A DNA stretch of 64,000 nucleotides, from positions 39,124,001-39,188,000 of the forward strand of contig NC_086108.1 of assembly GCF_963921235.1 (NCBI RefSeq), read 5' to 3'. The translations under genes and the position numbers were made by a program. The notes under the pieces are model-generated. The model saw nothing but the letters and a program-made list of their open reading frames with translations, did no database searches and was not told where the DNA came from. Shown piece by piece: positions 11,781 to 23,170 of this stretch. How positions within the stretch are numbered: position 1 is the first letter of the stretch; the number at the start of each line of letters is the position of its first letter. The stretch comes from Mobula hypostoma (Eukaryota).

Positions 11781-12396
11781 TGTCGGGTTCTCAGTAATAT
11801 TAACTGTATTGTTAACTGTTAAGGCTAACAAAATGGCTTCCCTGTAGTGTTATAATGAAATGGCTTCTCTGTAATGTTAACTGATGAGGTAATGGTTCTC
11901 TGTAGCTGCGATGTTTGGGTTATAACTACAGATAACGGGGGAACTAACCAATGAAGGACCTGTTATGCTATCTTGTATGGTGGGAACCGGAAGAGCTCGC
12001 AGTCTTTTCGGCGAGGCAAGTGGAGAGGAAGGACGAGTGCAGGAGCGTTCGGGGGACCCAGGACGACGGATACCAGAATTTGACGGTTCGGAGGTTGTCG
12101 GAGGTCATTTATGGATGAACGAGGGAAGCGTGAGCTCCAACAAATTAGTTTGTGCACAGAACTGATAAATTTATTGAGTGGCACCTTTTATTATATTTGT
12201 TTCTACTAATCACATCACAAAATAAGAGTTATAAAGTGTAATCATTTGATCGCATATTGTGTACTGTCTGCTGTTTTACATTGTGGGTTTGTACCAGGGC
12301 GCATTACACAGCATCTATGCAAACATGAGACACATTTGGGCAGGCAGACGGCAGTTTTCCCTAGACGAACGTGAATTGATAAGGCCGAGTGTTACA
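11781..12396 (+). mobile_element. Solo LTR (616 bp), probably Gypsy-type
   Basis: TGT...ACA termini; 4-bp flanks TTTA/TTTC; CpG-rich middle; short internal repeats (aatggcttc(c/t)ctgta x3); shares blocks with the LTR at 20342. Strand is a guess. Confidence 0.75.
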
Positions 12397-12809
12397 TTTC
12401 GGTAATGCAAATACTTCTATCAAGTGTATTGTTGCTGGAGTTCAGTGAACAAAACTTTAAAAATTTCCAATAAACTACATGGTATTGATAAATATTTGTT
12501 AGTAGACAATTAAATACATGGAAATAATCATCCATGTGCTTAATAGACCAGAATTGCAATTTAAATTGTTCATTGATGTTGGCAACTTTTGCCTGTTGGT
12601 TCAAGACACAATTCCAATTTTATTTTTACAGTCCAATCTGACATCAAGGTTACATTTTCCAGCTCCTAGAATGGTATAGAAATTGTTTTTCACACCTGAA
12701 TTTGACAGTGGGATTATGGTAATAAATGGAAATAATTCTGTTTGTGTGTCATGTAATTTAACAAGTTAAATGAACCATGAAAAGTAAGAGGCACAAGCAA
12801 ATAGTTTAC

Positions 12810-12879
12810 CTGCTCTTTAACCAGAAGGTCTGCTAAGGTGTTCAGCAGCTTGTAGTAAACTTCAAACCAAGGCAAATAA
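12810..12879 (-). CDS. DENND1B: DENND1B coding exon, 70 nt, (S)YLPWFEVYYKLLNTLADLLVKEQ
   Basis: ttttgcag|TTATTTG...GAGCAG|gtaaac. SYLPWFEVYYKLLNTLAD matches vertebrate DENND1B. Phase 2 to 0. Confidence 0.95.
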
Positions 12880-13999
12880 CTGCAAAAGATTACAAGATAT
12901 TTACCAAGTCATAAATGCACAACTTAATTACTCATTGCTCTCACTTGAAATTATACCAATACAGAAGTTTCCCTCTAAGCCAGTTTTGAAAAGTAAAGCT
13001 TACACAAACATAAAAACTTTGTGAAAAGACAAGTATAGTATTACTTGTCAGGAAAAAGCATAATGCATGAAGATAGCTGATGTGGTGACTATTTTAGATT
13101 TTGCACTGTTTTTCCTTTGCTTTTGTCTGTTACTTAGACTTCTACATCAAGATAACACTGCTGATGGTTTTAAGAAACCTTTTCCACAATGACAAGCAAC
13201 TGCTTAAATATCATTAATATAGTCATTTTGTTATCTTCAATATTAACAAAGTGCAAATTTTCCTGATGTATTAAAGGATAGAATAAAATGACCCACTTGA
13301 TACATATATAATAGGTTGCAAATCATCAACTAGATGTATATTAAGTCAGTGTAAATTTAGTTGCAGAATTATTGGAAGATATATCTTCCAAATTAGATAA
13401 TTAAAGTTATTTACTTAAAATACTCAATGATTAAAACTGAACCTTGGTACTTCCCACTTAAAACTACTTATTTCAGAACAGAAAGAATCACTTCTGTACC
13501 CACTTTCAAGTGAATTTACGTTTCCATAAATTGGTCTGTGTTTCAAATGGGAAAAAAATTGCGATATTGATTTTCTTCCCCTTCCCCCCCCACCAAAATT
13601 TTCCAGAGCAGTCCATTTCCTTTCTAAGTCTGACTCCAAACATAGCCATGAGCTTTCTGTGCACTTTACAATGTATTCCTTGTATGTCTGCTTCACCTCA
13701 TGAACATTGCATCAACCAGAACCATGGACTGTTCTCTCCTTGTACTCTATTTATAAAGTCAGCCAGTACAAACCAAGTTCCTTTTCCAATTCATTATTCA
13801 GGTCACAAGCCCTACTGAGTGCATTGCCCTCATTTTTTTTCTCTCATGGCCACATCTCTCATTCCCATATCATACAACTTTACCATTATTCGCTTCTCTC
13901 TTCGGGGATACTTTCCAGAAAATATCTATAATTGTGAGATCAAGTTCCCCCTATTCAAGCAATAGTGCGAAGTTGAATCTGAAATTTAAGTTCCCACTA

Positions 14000-14370
14000 C
14001 TGCTGTAGCTTGGAAGTTATGTATTCTAGTCCCACAATAAAGCCCAGAGAAGAACATTTAGGCTGGCGCTCGACTGAATCAATGTTGCACTCTTTGAGGT
14101 GCCATCTTTCTGATGAGCCATCAAACCGAAGCCCCATCTGTTCTTTTTATTTGAAAGCAAAGCACCCCAATGCACCATCTTTTATATTAAGTAAGATATC
14201 CTCAGATCCCTGGCCACTTTGCCATCCCTTAATTAACATCACTGTAAAAATAAATTTTATCATTATCATATTGCTGGTCATGGAAGCATTTCTGCACATG
14301 TTGTCTTAAATAACTGTTTGTCAGTTGTATTTCACTGGCTAGAGAGCACTTTGGAGCATCCAGAAAGGGA
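14000..14370 (+). mobile_element. DeuSINE (SacSINE1/AmnSINE-related) decayed copy
   Basis: gaggtgccatctttctgatgagccatcaaaccgaagccccatctg...aacatcact...cattatcatattgctg...gagcactttggagcatcc follows the Deu core and tail as I recall it. Confidence 0.7.
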
Positions 14371-14374
14371 CGCG

Positions 14375-15150
14375 AAAATCTCTCATTTATTTTATTCTCC
14401 TGCCAACATCCTTACTTTGCAGTTCTTTGGAATAAACTTAAGGCCGACTGAGGTGCCCATCATTGCCATCTTTAGAAGCAAAAACCCATACAGCTTCATC
14501 CTTTTTTCACTTATCTTCTCTCCAGCAAATTCCTTGAAAGCAAACTACAATCACCTTCTTTCAGCCAATCTTATTCAGTTCCCCTTGAACTCCACTGGCA
14601 AACTAATGAGTGTCCCTACCTCATCCCCCAAGGTCGCCTGTTTAGTTTCAAAAAGCTATAGTCAAATGCAGAATGTAGATGTCCTCTAAATTGTCAGAGC
14701 TTCTTACTCATCTTCCCAGAGTGACCCACCAACACTTTACATCTGTTCGCACAAAACAAACCTTTTCAGATCTGGGCTGTGTCTTATATGTGTGTAACCC
14801 CACGGAACACAGTTTCTTTGACTTACTACACTGTCATTTATCCCTGCAGAAATTCCTTGCAATACAAAATAAAACCAAGATGCAGTGCTACATCCCACCA
14901 TTAACTTCTTTACTCGACTTAAACAAATGCCTGGCATTTCTAAGCCCTTCACATCACCAATTCGCCTTCACAAATAGGTCTGTGATTGTACACTCCTGTT
15001 TTAGTAAATCCTTCTGTCAGACGTATGCCAGTCCCATCCCGACAGACAACAATTACTGTAATACCACTTCTGATGTCCTGTCTTTTCCAGTTGCTCAAAT
15101 TAGTAATGAAGACCATGAAATCTCCAAATTATCCTCAGACTCATTAGTTC
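14375..15150 (-). mobile_element. Highly decayed CR1-like remnant (endonuclease/linker region)
   Basis: Weak resemblance to the minus strand of CR1 ORF2 5' sequence; no intact motifs. Confidence 0.35.
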
Positions 15151-15214
15151 ATTAATGTCCTTCAGAGAAGGAAACCAGCCATTTTAGTCAGCCTGACTTA
15201 CAACCGACTCCAAT

Positions 15215-15630
15215 TCATGAGTCAGGAGCATTTATGGAGGGAAATAAACAGTTGAAACTGTGCTGATATTTCAGGTGGAAAAGCTTCACAGGATTGGAAA
15301 GGAAGAAAGCAGATGGCAGAATAAGAAGGCAGAGGGAGGAATACAAGCTAGCAGGAGAGGGTGAAGGTGGGTGGGTGGGGGAGAGGTTGATGTGAGAAGC
15401 TGTGAAGTAATAAGTGGAAGAGGTAAAGAGCTGAAGAAGAAAACCGATAGGAAAGGAGGTGGGGAAACAGAGGGAGGTCATGAGGGCAGGGGACGAGAAC
15501 AGAATGGTTTCAGGGTCACCATAATGGGAGCGGAAAAAAGGGGGGAAGAGAAGGGTAAGGTTACCAATAGTCAGAGAAATCAATGTTCATGCCATTAGGT
15601 TGGAGACTATCTGGACAGAATACATGGTGA
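15215..15630 (-). mobile_element. Penelope-like element 3' region/pLTR
   Basis: Purine-rich plus strand (ggtgaaggtgggtggg...gatgtgagaagc) ending agagaaatcaatgttcatgccattaggttggagact, the Penelope ORF end; homologous to 61565-61870. Confidence 0.65.
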
Positions 15631-16629
15631 TCTAAACTGCCCTAATTCTAGGGTTTGCTTGCATAATATTAACAAAAGCATAGTTTTGATTACTTGCAAC
15701 TGTTTACCACATGAATAGTCTTTTAATTGATATGCTAAAGCACTCTGTGTTCAGCAAAGACGCTGTCCACAGAAGAACATTTATAGTTCATCACTTCTGA
15801 ATTGAAGCTACTATTAATATCAATTATCAGTCGTAAGTGCAGGTTCTGGAGTACCACCAGTCTATTCTCATTGTTGTGGGAGGGACATGGGGGATATTTT
15901 GTGAGAAGTGAAGGGAATTCTGCTGTAATGCTGGGCAAGGAAAGGCTCCAGATGTGTTTCCCAGCTCCAGGCAAAGATCCTGCATCACTCTTTCCAACTA
16001 GCTCATTTCCCGCTGATACTTAAACCACATGCATCTGCTTATAAAGGGAGAGTGAGTAGGGGAGACCCACACCACCACAAGGACCCTGCGCTCAGCTGCA
16101 GCTGCGATGCTCTGTCAATCATTAGAGTTCATGATCTTCCTCAGGCAGTGCAAGGCTGGCACACAAAGCAGTGAGACTGAAGGATCTCAATTATATTCAA
16201 CCCCTTCTAAATGCACAGGTAGCTCTTTAGAATTGTTAGGTTTGGGTTTAATGTCGGAAATTGAAGAGAACCATGGCACTTCCCTATGGGTTGGACTAAG
16301 AACGATGTCTGCAGCTTTTTGAGTGAAACAGTTGATTTACAAGTATCGGCTCACATTCCCACGTTTCACCACATGTGGAGATCAAGACAGGTTTGTCTCT
16401 GCGTTATCTTCCTCCTTCACACCAAGCCCTGAATTCATGTGGAATTGCCAGGGATTAATTAATATGTCAATCTGTACATGGTGTAAGAGGGCATCTTTCA
16501 GAAATGACTGCAATGAACCCTTCAGGCAAGCTGGAAGCTTCAAGACCGAAGACAGCACAGTTTTCAACACAATCAAAATACGAAAGATTTCTGCAACACA
16601 CACTGTGTGTTTTGTGCTTCGACACAATA

Positions 16630-16775
16630 TAAATTGCTGATGAAGGGTCTCTGCACAAAATGTTGGCTCTTTATTCATCTCCATAGATGCTGCCTGACCT
16701 GCTGGGTTCTTCCAGCACATTGTGTATGTTGCTCTGGATTTCCAGCATCTGTATAATCTCTTGTGTTTTTGACAT
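16630..16775 (+). mobile_element. Penelope-like pLTR terminus with degenerate hammerhead
   Basis: CTGATGAagggtctctgcacaaaatgttggc...gatgctgcctgacctgctgggttcttccagcacattgtgt...ttccagcatctg. Confidence 0.75.
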
Positions 16776-17649
16776 AAGATTTCTGGTTATATTTTTAACA
16801 AACATTAGCTATTGCCTCCCTGTAGAATCCCAAACTCTGAACAGCAATCACATTATCAACCCACAAATATGTATCCTGCAAAAAATATATAACTTGGGTA
16901 ATAATAAAAATGGAATTACAAATTTCTCCTGGTGGTTCAGTGGTTAGGTGAAACTACACACAAATGATTACAAATACTTCTAGTTCTTTAGGAACCCTGA
17001 CATCTATGAACATTGATCATAGTTGGCTGCATGGCTACAAGAAGAACATTTGTTTCTCGCCCTAGGCATAGGAACCATGATGAAAGAATGTCTATTATTT
17101 AGTTTGAAGGTTAAATAAAATTCTACTCCTCAAAAATATGGTCTTAATTAACTAAGAAAAGAAAAACTTTGTATTTTCTATCATCTGAAAATGATATAAA
17201 TGAAGGTCTACACCCCGGTAGATAATAGCATTTACTTTGGTTTGGCTGGCAAGGCAGCACAGATTTAATTACACCTGCATTTCACTGTACGCAGGAATAC
17301 TGAGGACAGTTCTGAACACAATTAGAAATGCTTCATTAATAAGAACTGATTAACACTGTAACAAAAATTAAAGAATGATGAAAGTACAAGTTAAACATAC
17401 CTTGCAGGCATCTGATGAATAGATTACATTTTATAGCATGGAATAAGTTTAATATTGCCATCTCGAATACTAATACATCATTAATGTTCTTCTCACAATA
17501 TGTTCAAAATTCAATGTCAGGTATAAAATATTAGAAGCTGATATTTATAGCGGGCTTGATGCTCCAATATAATCAACAGACATTTTATTCAAGTTTGCTT
17601 TTTTAAAAAATGATAAAGAAATATATAAATGCTTCCTAGAGAGGCAATA

Positions 17650-17960
17650 AAGAATTGGACTTTAAAGGCACTTTTCATGCCATCAAGACATTCTCAGGTG
17701 ATCTTGAATTATTAGAATATTTTGAAACACAGTCAACCATTGTAACATAGGAAACATGGCAGTCAATTTGTGCACTTCATCTATTATGTTGCCTGAGAGC
17801 GAAGTATTGGCCTGGACACCAGAACACAGCTCTTTTTAAATAGTACCTTGGGATATTTTGCTTCTGATTGAAATGGCAGCTGGCTTAACATCTCATGCGA
17901 GAGACTACCCCTCATAGTACAGTATGTCTGATAGCACAACACTCCTTCACTATTGCACAA
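17650..17960 (-). mobile_element. DeuSINE decayed copy
   Basis: Plus strand cattgtaacataggaaacatggcagtcaatttgtgcac...tattggcctggacacc...aaatagtaccttgggatatttt...ttaacatctcat is the reverse complement of the DeuSINE body. Confidence 0.7.
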
Positions 17961-19099
17961 AGATGAGGACTTGGATAGTCTTGACAAGATGCTGTTATGA
18001 TAGTGATAAGTTATTGACTCACAGAGTACAAGATATCTGACAAATTATGAAAGAAACCTCACAAAAAGTATAATCTATATAATGGGTGATTTTTAATTTA
18101 GGATTGTATCAACAATGGCATGTTAATCTTTATTTAAAACATTTTATTATGATATTTGTCCTTTTGATTTCACACAGTTAGCAATTTTCAATCTCCAACA
18201 GTTACCCGAGTGCAACACATAGATAATGCACTGAAGAAATAAATATTATTTCTCTGTTATGTTCCGTCACCATGTACACAAGTGCAAAATAAAGCATTTT
18301 CAGATTCCATTTTCACTGCTAGATTAAACACGTTTCATGGTTTATAATGTTTTTTTAACCCTGATTCAAAGATGTTGTATAAACAATGTTTTGCATTTCA
18401 GTGTCATACTAAACTGTCAAAACTTATCTACCACTGTATTTATTCCTTAATTATGTTTTCTACTGTAAAAACAAGACCTAATGGTTATAAAATATTTGAA
18501 ATTGGATAAAACTGTCAAATATAAACAGCATGACTTCTTTTTAAATAATCCTAAAGGATAGTATTTTGAGGAGGGCACTTCCACCCTGAAGTTAAATTTT
18601 GACAACTTCAAAAATTATGTTGACAGTGAAACACTTTACTTTTTAAACCAAGGTTCTTGAAACTCATTTTTAATCCTCATAGATTTCAACCACCTTTTCA
18701 GCAAGGTCAACCTATGCATTAAGCACTAAGTTGAGAAGTCAATTAAATACACAGTTCTACCATCAGTCACTTATCGCTGCAGAGGAGTCGCTTTGCAAAC
18801 CATGCAGCAGCTTATCTCAAGGTGGAGGAGGATAATATGCAAGCAAGTAGTCTGTGTCTCCTTTTTCTTCCCTTGTAGCTACAGCTGCTTTTGACAAACG
18901 TGGTTAACGTGGAATGCATTCCTGACTCTGACTTAGTTTTTGATTCATAAATAAATCATTTCCATGGCGTGGTGGGAGAAGCAAGTTGTAGTTTTAACAC
19001 AAGGGGCAGATCTAACTCCATCCTTCGATCACCAGTCGCCAGAGCTCTGAGCTCTGGATTCCCATGTTTCTTCTAGTGTGGCCCAAGTCAGTGCTGGAC

Positions 19100-19370
19100 A
19101 TTTCAGAGCATAGGGAAAAAGGGCCTCTGGCCCATACATGTCCATGCCAATAAGATACACGTTCAAATTAATCTATTTCTCAGCACGTGGCCCATATTTC
19201 TCTAAACCAGATGGTTCCCAGCCTGGGATCCACAGACTCCTCACTTAATGGTACTGGTCCATGGCATAAAAAAAGGCTGAGTTCATCTGCTTGTCATCCA
19301 TGTACCTGGCCACATACTTCATAAATGTATTCAACGTATACTTCCTCTGGCAGCTGGTTCCATAACTGCT
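19100..19370 (-). mobile_element. CR1 3' tip fragment containing an 82-bp hAT MITE (19208-19289)
   Basis: ggcccatatttctctaaac|cagatggttcccagcctggg...ccatggcataaaaaaaggctgagttcatctg|...tccatgtacc. The MITE has imperfect TIRs (CAGATG...AGCCT). Confidence 0.6.
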
Positions 19371-20341
19371 GCATCTTTCCCATAATAAGTGGCCAAATCC
19401 TTGAGCTCACCCTTACTCAAAGCTGCTACTGTCATTTGAGTATTTGTGCATGTTGTTTATTGAAGATGCACACAGGCTTAAGAGCAATTAAAAACACTGA
19501 AATTAATCTACGTAAAATTTTTAAAAGTTGCCATCCTTTCCAACAGCAGCTAAATCACAATAGTTGAGAGGGAAACCTACAGGATTTTCAATTGTCCTCC
19601 ACAAAGTGTCCACTGGCATAGTGTCTTGTGGGTGTCCTGTCACTAGCATTCTGCTTTCCTAAAGGTAATACCACCATCTGTGATTTGGGAATAGCCCAGT
19701 TATGGGTACAATAGATCTGCAGATCTTCGAAGAAGTTGTACATATGTCTACATGAATACTTGGAGTATCATGTTCAGTTCTGGTTGCCTCAATTTAGGAA
19801 GGAAGTGGAAGCTTTATAGAGGATGCAGAGGAAGTTTACCAAGGTGCTGGATTAGAGAGAATGTTTTATGAAGAGAGGTTTAGCAGGCTTGAGCTTTTCT
19901 CTATGGAGTGAAGGAGAATGAGAGGTGATTTGATAGAAGTGTGTATGATAAGAAGTATAGACAGAGCGGACAGACAGCACCCTTTCCCCAAGGTCGAGCT
20001 GGTTAATACAGGAAGGCATGATTATAAGGTGATTGGAAGAAAGCACAGGGGTGATGTCTGTTGCGTATTTAATATTTCAATAATGTTTAAGTAATCTTGA
20101 ATATAGATTGTTTGATTAAGCAATCTTGTTCATTTAAATAATTAATTACAAGTTACATGTAAAACACATTAATTGCCTTTGCATCACGCTACCACACATG
20201 ATACACTTAAAGACAAGGCTAGGCCTGCCTTCCAGTCTCCCGTATGTTTTTTCTTGAAGACAAAATTGAGTTTTAAAAAAAAAGGCTGTAAATGGAAGAA
20301 TTCAGGGTTTGTAAAGAATGAATAATTACCTGTCATATATA

Positions 20342-21052
20342 TGTAATGCCCTGATTCATATTTTTACTGTTATGCTGCGTGTATTTCATTTAGCAGTTCT
20401 GTAAGAGCAGTCTGTTCTGCCGGCAGCCTGTTTAGGTTATTGTTGAAAATGAGGAATGTGGGCCATCCAATTAGGATGGTAGAATTAGGGGAAGGTTTTC
20501 TTGGTGAGGGACACTTAGGTTGGTCTTGGGGTTTTTTTTTGGTTTGGCGGGTGATGAAGAGAGAAGACGCTGGGGAGAACCGGTCATAGGATACGACCCT
20601 GTGGGAGACCCGTTTGTTCGAGATAGATTGCGAGCGACGTTCGGAAGCCGATGTGTACTTTCACGTAGCCCAAGGGCCCAGCGCAGGAGTGACAGAGAAG
20701 CTCGAGATGCACTCCAACCTGTGCACATTTAACTGTTTAATTAGAATGGGCCCTTTTCTTTTTGTTATTCTTTAGTTAAGTTAAGATTCATAAATATAAT
20801 TCCTTTAATTGTATGCAGTGTGCTGTCTGTTATTTCATGGCACTAATTTGTAACGGGGTAGCAAATTACACAGCATCCACACAAACCAGAGTTTGGGGTG
20901 GGAGAGCCGTCTCAATCTCACGAGTTTGGCGGGAACGGAGAGTGTTTTCCCAAGACTTACACAGCCAAGGAAACCAGGGGGTTTCATACTTACGCAGCCA
21001 AGGAAACCTGGGAGTTCCATACTTACGCAGCCAAGGAAACCGGGGGGTTTCA
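20342..21052 (+). mobile_element. Solo LTR (Gypsy-like) with perfect TATA target-site duplication
   Basis: tata|TGTAATGCCC...GGGGTTTCA|tata; related to the LTR at 11781 (shared attacacagcatc.a..caaac and ctccaac..tgtgcac blocks). Confidence 0.8.
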
Positions 21053-21053
21053 T
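20955..21053. repeat. Tandem repeat, 3 x 33 bp (ACTTACGCAGCCAAGGAAACCNGGGGGTTTCAT)
   Basis: Units at 20955-20987, 20988-21020 and 21021-21053, head to tail with no spacers. Confidence 0.95.
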
Positions 21054-22096
21054 ATAAAAATACATTAATTGCCTATGTCATCATGCTACCATGTGATATG
21101 TGCACGCCTCACTTAAAGAAAAGATGAAGTTACACTCGTATTTTTGGCCTCTCATGTTTCCTTTGAATTAATTTATGTTTTGAAGTTCCAAAACATAACA
21201 ATTTCAGAAGTAGGTGTTTTTTTTTACAACACAGAGTGGTAAGTGTGTGGAATGCACTGACAGCAGTGTTGATGGAGGTGGATACAATAGGGAGACTTAA
21301 GAGTCTCTTAGACAGGCACAGGGATGATAGAAAAATGGAGGGTTATGTGGGAGGGAAGTACTAGATTGATCTTGGAAAAGGTTAAAAGGTCAGCACGACA
21401 CTGTAGGCTGAAAGGCCTGTACTGTGCAGTATTGTTCTATGTTCAATGTTCTAATAAATGACAAAGTCATGTGTTTAGAGTCTGAATACACACACCTCCC
21501 TAAAGCCTCAGATAAAATAATATCTCAGGTACTGTATATAATGATATCTTGATGTACAAAACAACAAACTGGCTGTACCTTTTTGCCAATAAAATGCATT
21601 GCATTAAGCGTAAACACTATTCCAAGACAATTTGCTTTAATCCATAGTACTGTAACCAATCCAAGATCCCGTGTCATGCCATGAGATTTTTTGTGCTACA
21701 AACAGTCGTGTAGCGAGGCTGCAGAAAGTCTTTGCTCTGAGCCTTATCTCCAAGCAACAAGGAATACATTCTACTCCTGGATGTCACACTCAAAAACAAG
21801 TGCAAATATATCCAATTACCTATCAAAGTTACAACTTTGTTGTTGCCATGGAGATTTTTTTTCTTCAATTCTTGCTTCACTGTGGTATCAGGGTACACAA
21901 GGTTTGCAGCTGTTTAGTTATTCTGAGGTACTGTATGTAACAACAATGTTTTAACTTTAAGTAAGGCAATCACTAGACAACAACTAAATCTTTGATAAAA
22001 TAATGACTTTGATAGAGACTTAACAAAGACTGAATTTCATACATTCAAAAGCCTGTATTGGTGTGCAATTAAAAACCATTCTCAAACCATTTATTT

Positions 22097-22425
22097 CGGC
22101 GTGGCATAGTGGCAGAATTAGTGGGGTGCTGCCTCACAGCACCAGAAACCTGGGTTCAAATTTGATCTCTTGTACTTTGTGCACTGAGTTTTCGCATCTC
22201 CCTGTGGATGCATGTATTTCCAGTTTGCTCAGACATCCCAAGGTTGTGCAAACTAGCTGCTGTCAGTAGCCACCTGTACATTGGTGGGCAATAGAAACTG
22301 GTGAGATTTAATGGGAATGTGGGAAGAATAAAACTGGGATTAATAGAGGTTTAGTACAAATGGGTGTTTATGGTTGGTGTTGACACTACAGGCCAACCAG
22401 TCTGTACCCTGTTACATCTCTGACT
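22097..22425 (+). mobile_element. tRNA-derived V-SINE/HE1-like SINE
   Basis: A-box-like tggcagaattagtgg, gctgcctcacagc, B-box-like ggttcaaatt, V-domain-like gagttttcgcatctccctgtg...catcccaagg, and a CR1-like tail. Confidence 0.75.
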
Positions 22426-22689
22426 TTAAATTATATTTTTCATGGGATTACATTGTAATAGATTCAATCAAAATCCAGTGTCAAGATATCCATTTTCTAT
22501 TTACTCGACCATTTTTTATTACTTGTGCATTTAATTATGCTTCCCCTGCACATATCAATCGCCAATGCTGTTATTGTCTCTATTTAATATATTGTAAATC
22601 TAAATCCTGTATGCAGAGAACTACTTTTCAGCTTACCTCAATGAATGAAATTGTACAATTATACAATAAAGGAGCCCTGTGACATCCAT

Positions 22690-23170
22690 TTGACAGAACT
22701 ATCCTTCTCCTCGGCTCCTACTCTTGTAGGTCCACAAATATTCTGTCTTCAAGTATACGTCCAAGTATCTGAAGAAAGCTACCACTAAAACTGCTTTCAG
22801 CACTGTGGGCAGCAGGTTTAAGCCACAGTAATAAAAGAAATACTTGCTCATATTCCCGCTAGTTCTTTTTGCAATCGCCTCACACGTGCCTGTTCATTAT
22901 TGGTTGCACTGGCCATTTCTCATTATTTGCATCATCAAACCGGCACATAATTTTGGACACTATTCTTTAATCTCCCCTTAACCTTTCCTGCTTTCAGAGC
23001 AAACCAATTGCACAAATCTTTTCACATAACTAAAGCCTTCACTCTGTCACTATTCTAATTAATCTCCGCTGCACTGTCTTTAAGGACTTGCCATTTTCCT
23101 AAAACGTAGTGCCCAGGATTAGATAGTACACCAGCTGACTCCTAGGCAGTGATTTATTAAGATGTAGTAC
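22690..23170 (-). mobile_element. Decayed CR1 3' fragment
   Basis: taatctccccttaacctt...cataactaaagcc...taatctccgctgcact...gtagtgcccag is antisense CR1 RT 3' region. Confidence 0.55.

Larger units (their letters stand above)
20059..21200 (+). mobile_element. Small LTR element remnant with two partial copies of a ~250-bp LTR
   Basis: TGTT...AACA termini; 5-bp flanks ATGTC/ATTTC; acattaattgcct..tgc(a/g)tca..gctacca...cacttaaaga appears at both ~20165 and ~21060. Confidence 0.65.
19750..21455 (+). mobile_element. CR1 3' portion, interrupted by the LTR element at 20059-21200
   Basis: ttggagtatcatgttcagttctgg (LEYxVQFW) ... cacaggggtgatgtc | resumes at 21201 atttcagaagtagg...acacagagtggt...ggcctgtactgtgcagtattgttctatgttc tail. 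Confidence 0.85.

Noticed and set aside
14105..14135. CTGATGA...GAA as a hammerhead or snoRNA box
   Set aside because: It is a variant of the DeuSINE core (tttcggatgagacgttaaaccgagg) and has no helix I/III pairing.
20955..21053. 3 x 33-bp repeat as a CRISPR array
   Set aside because: No spacers and no cas genes; eukaryotic intron; it is a duplicated LTR end.
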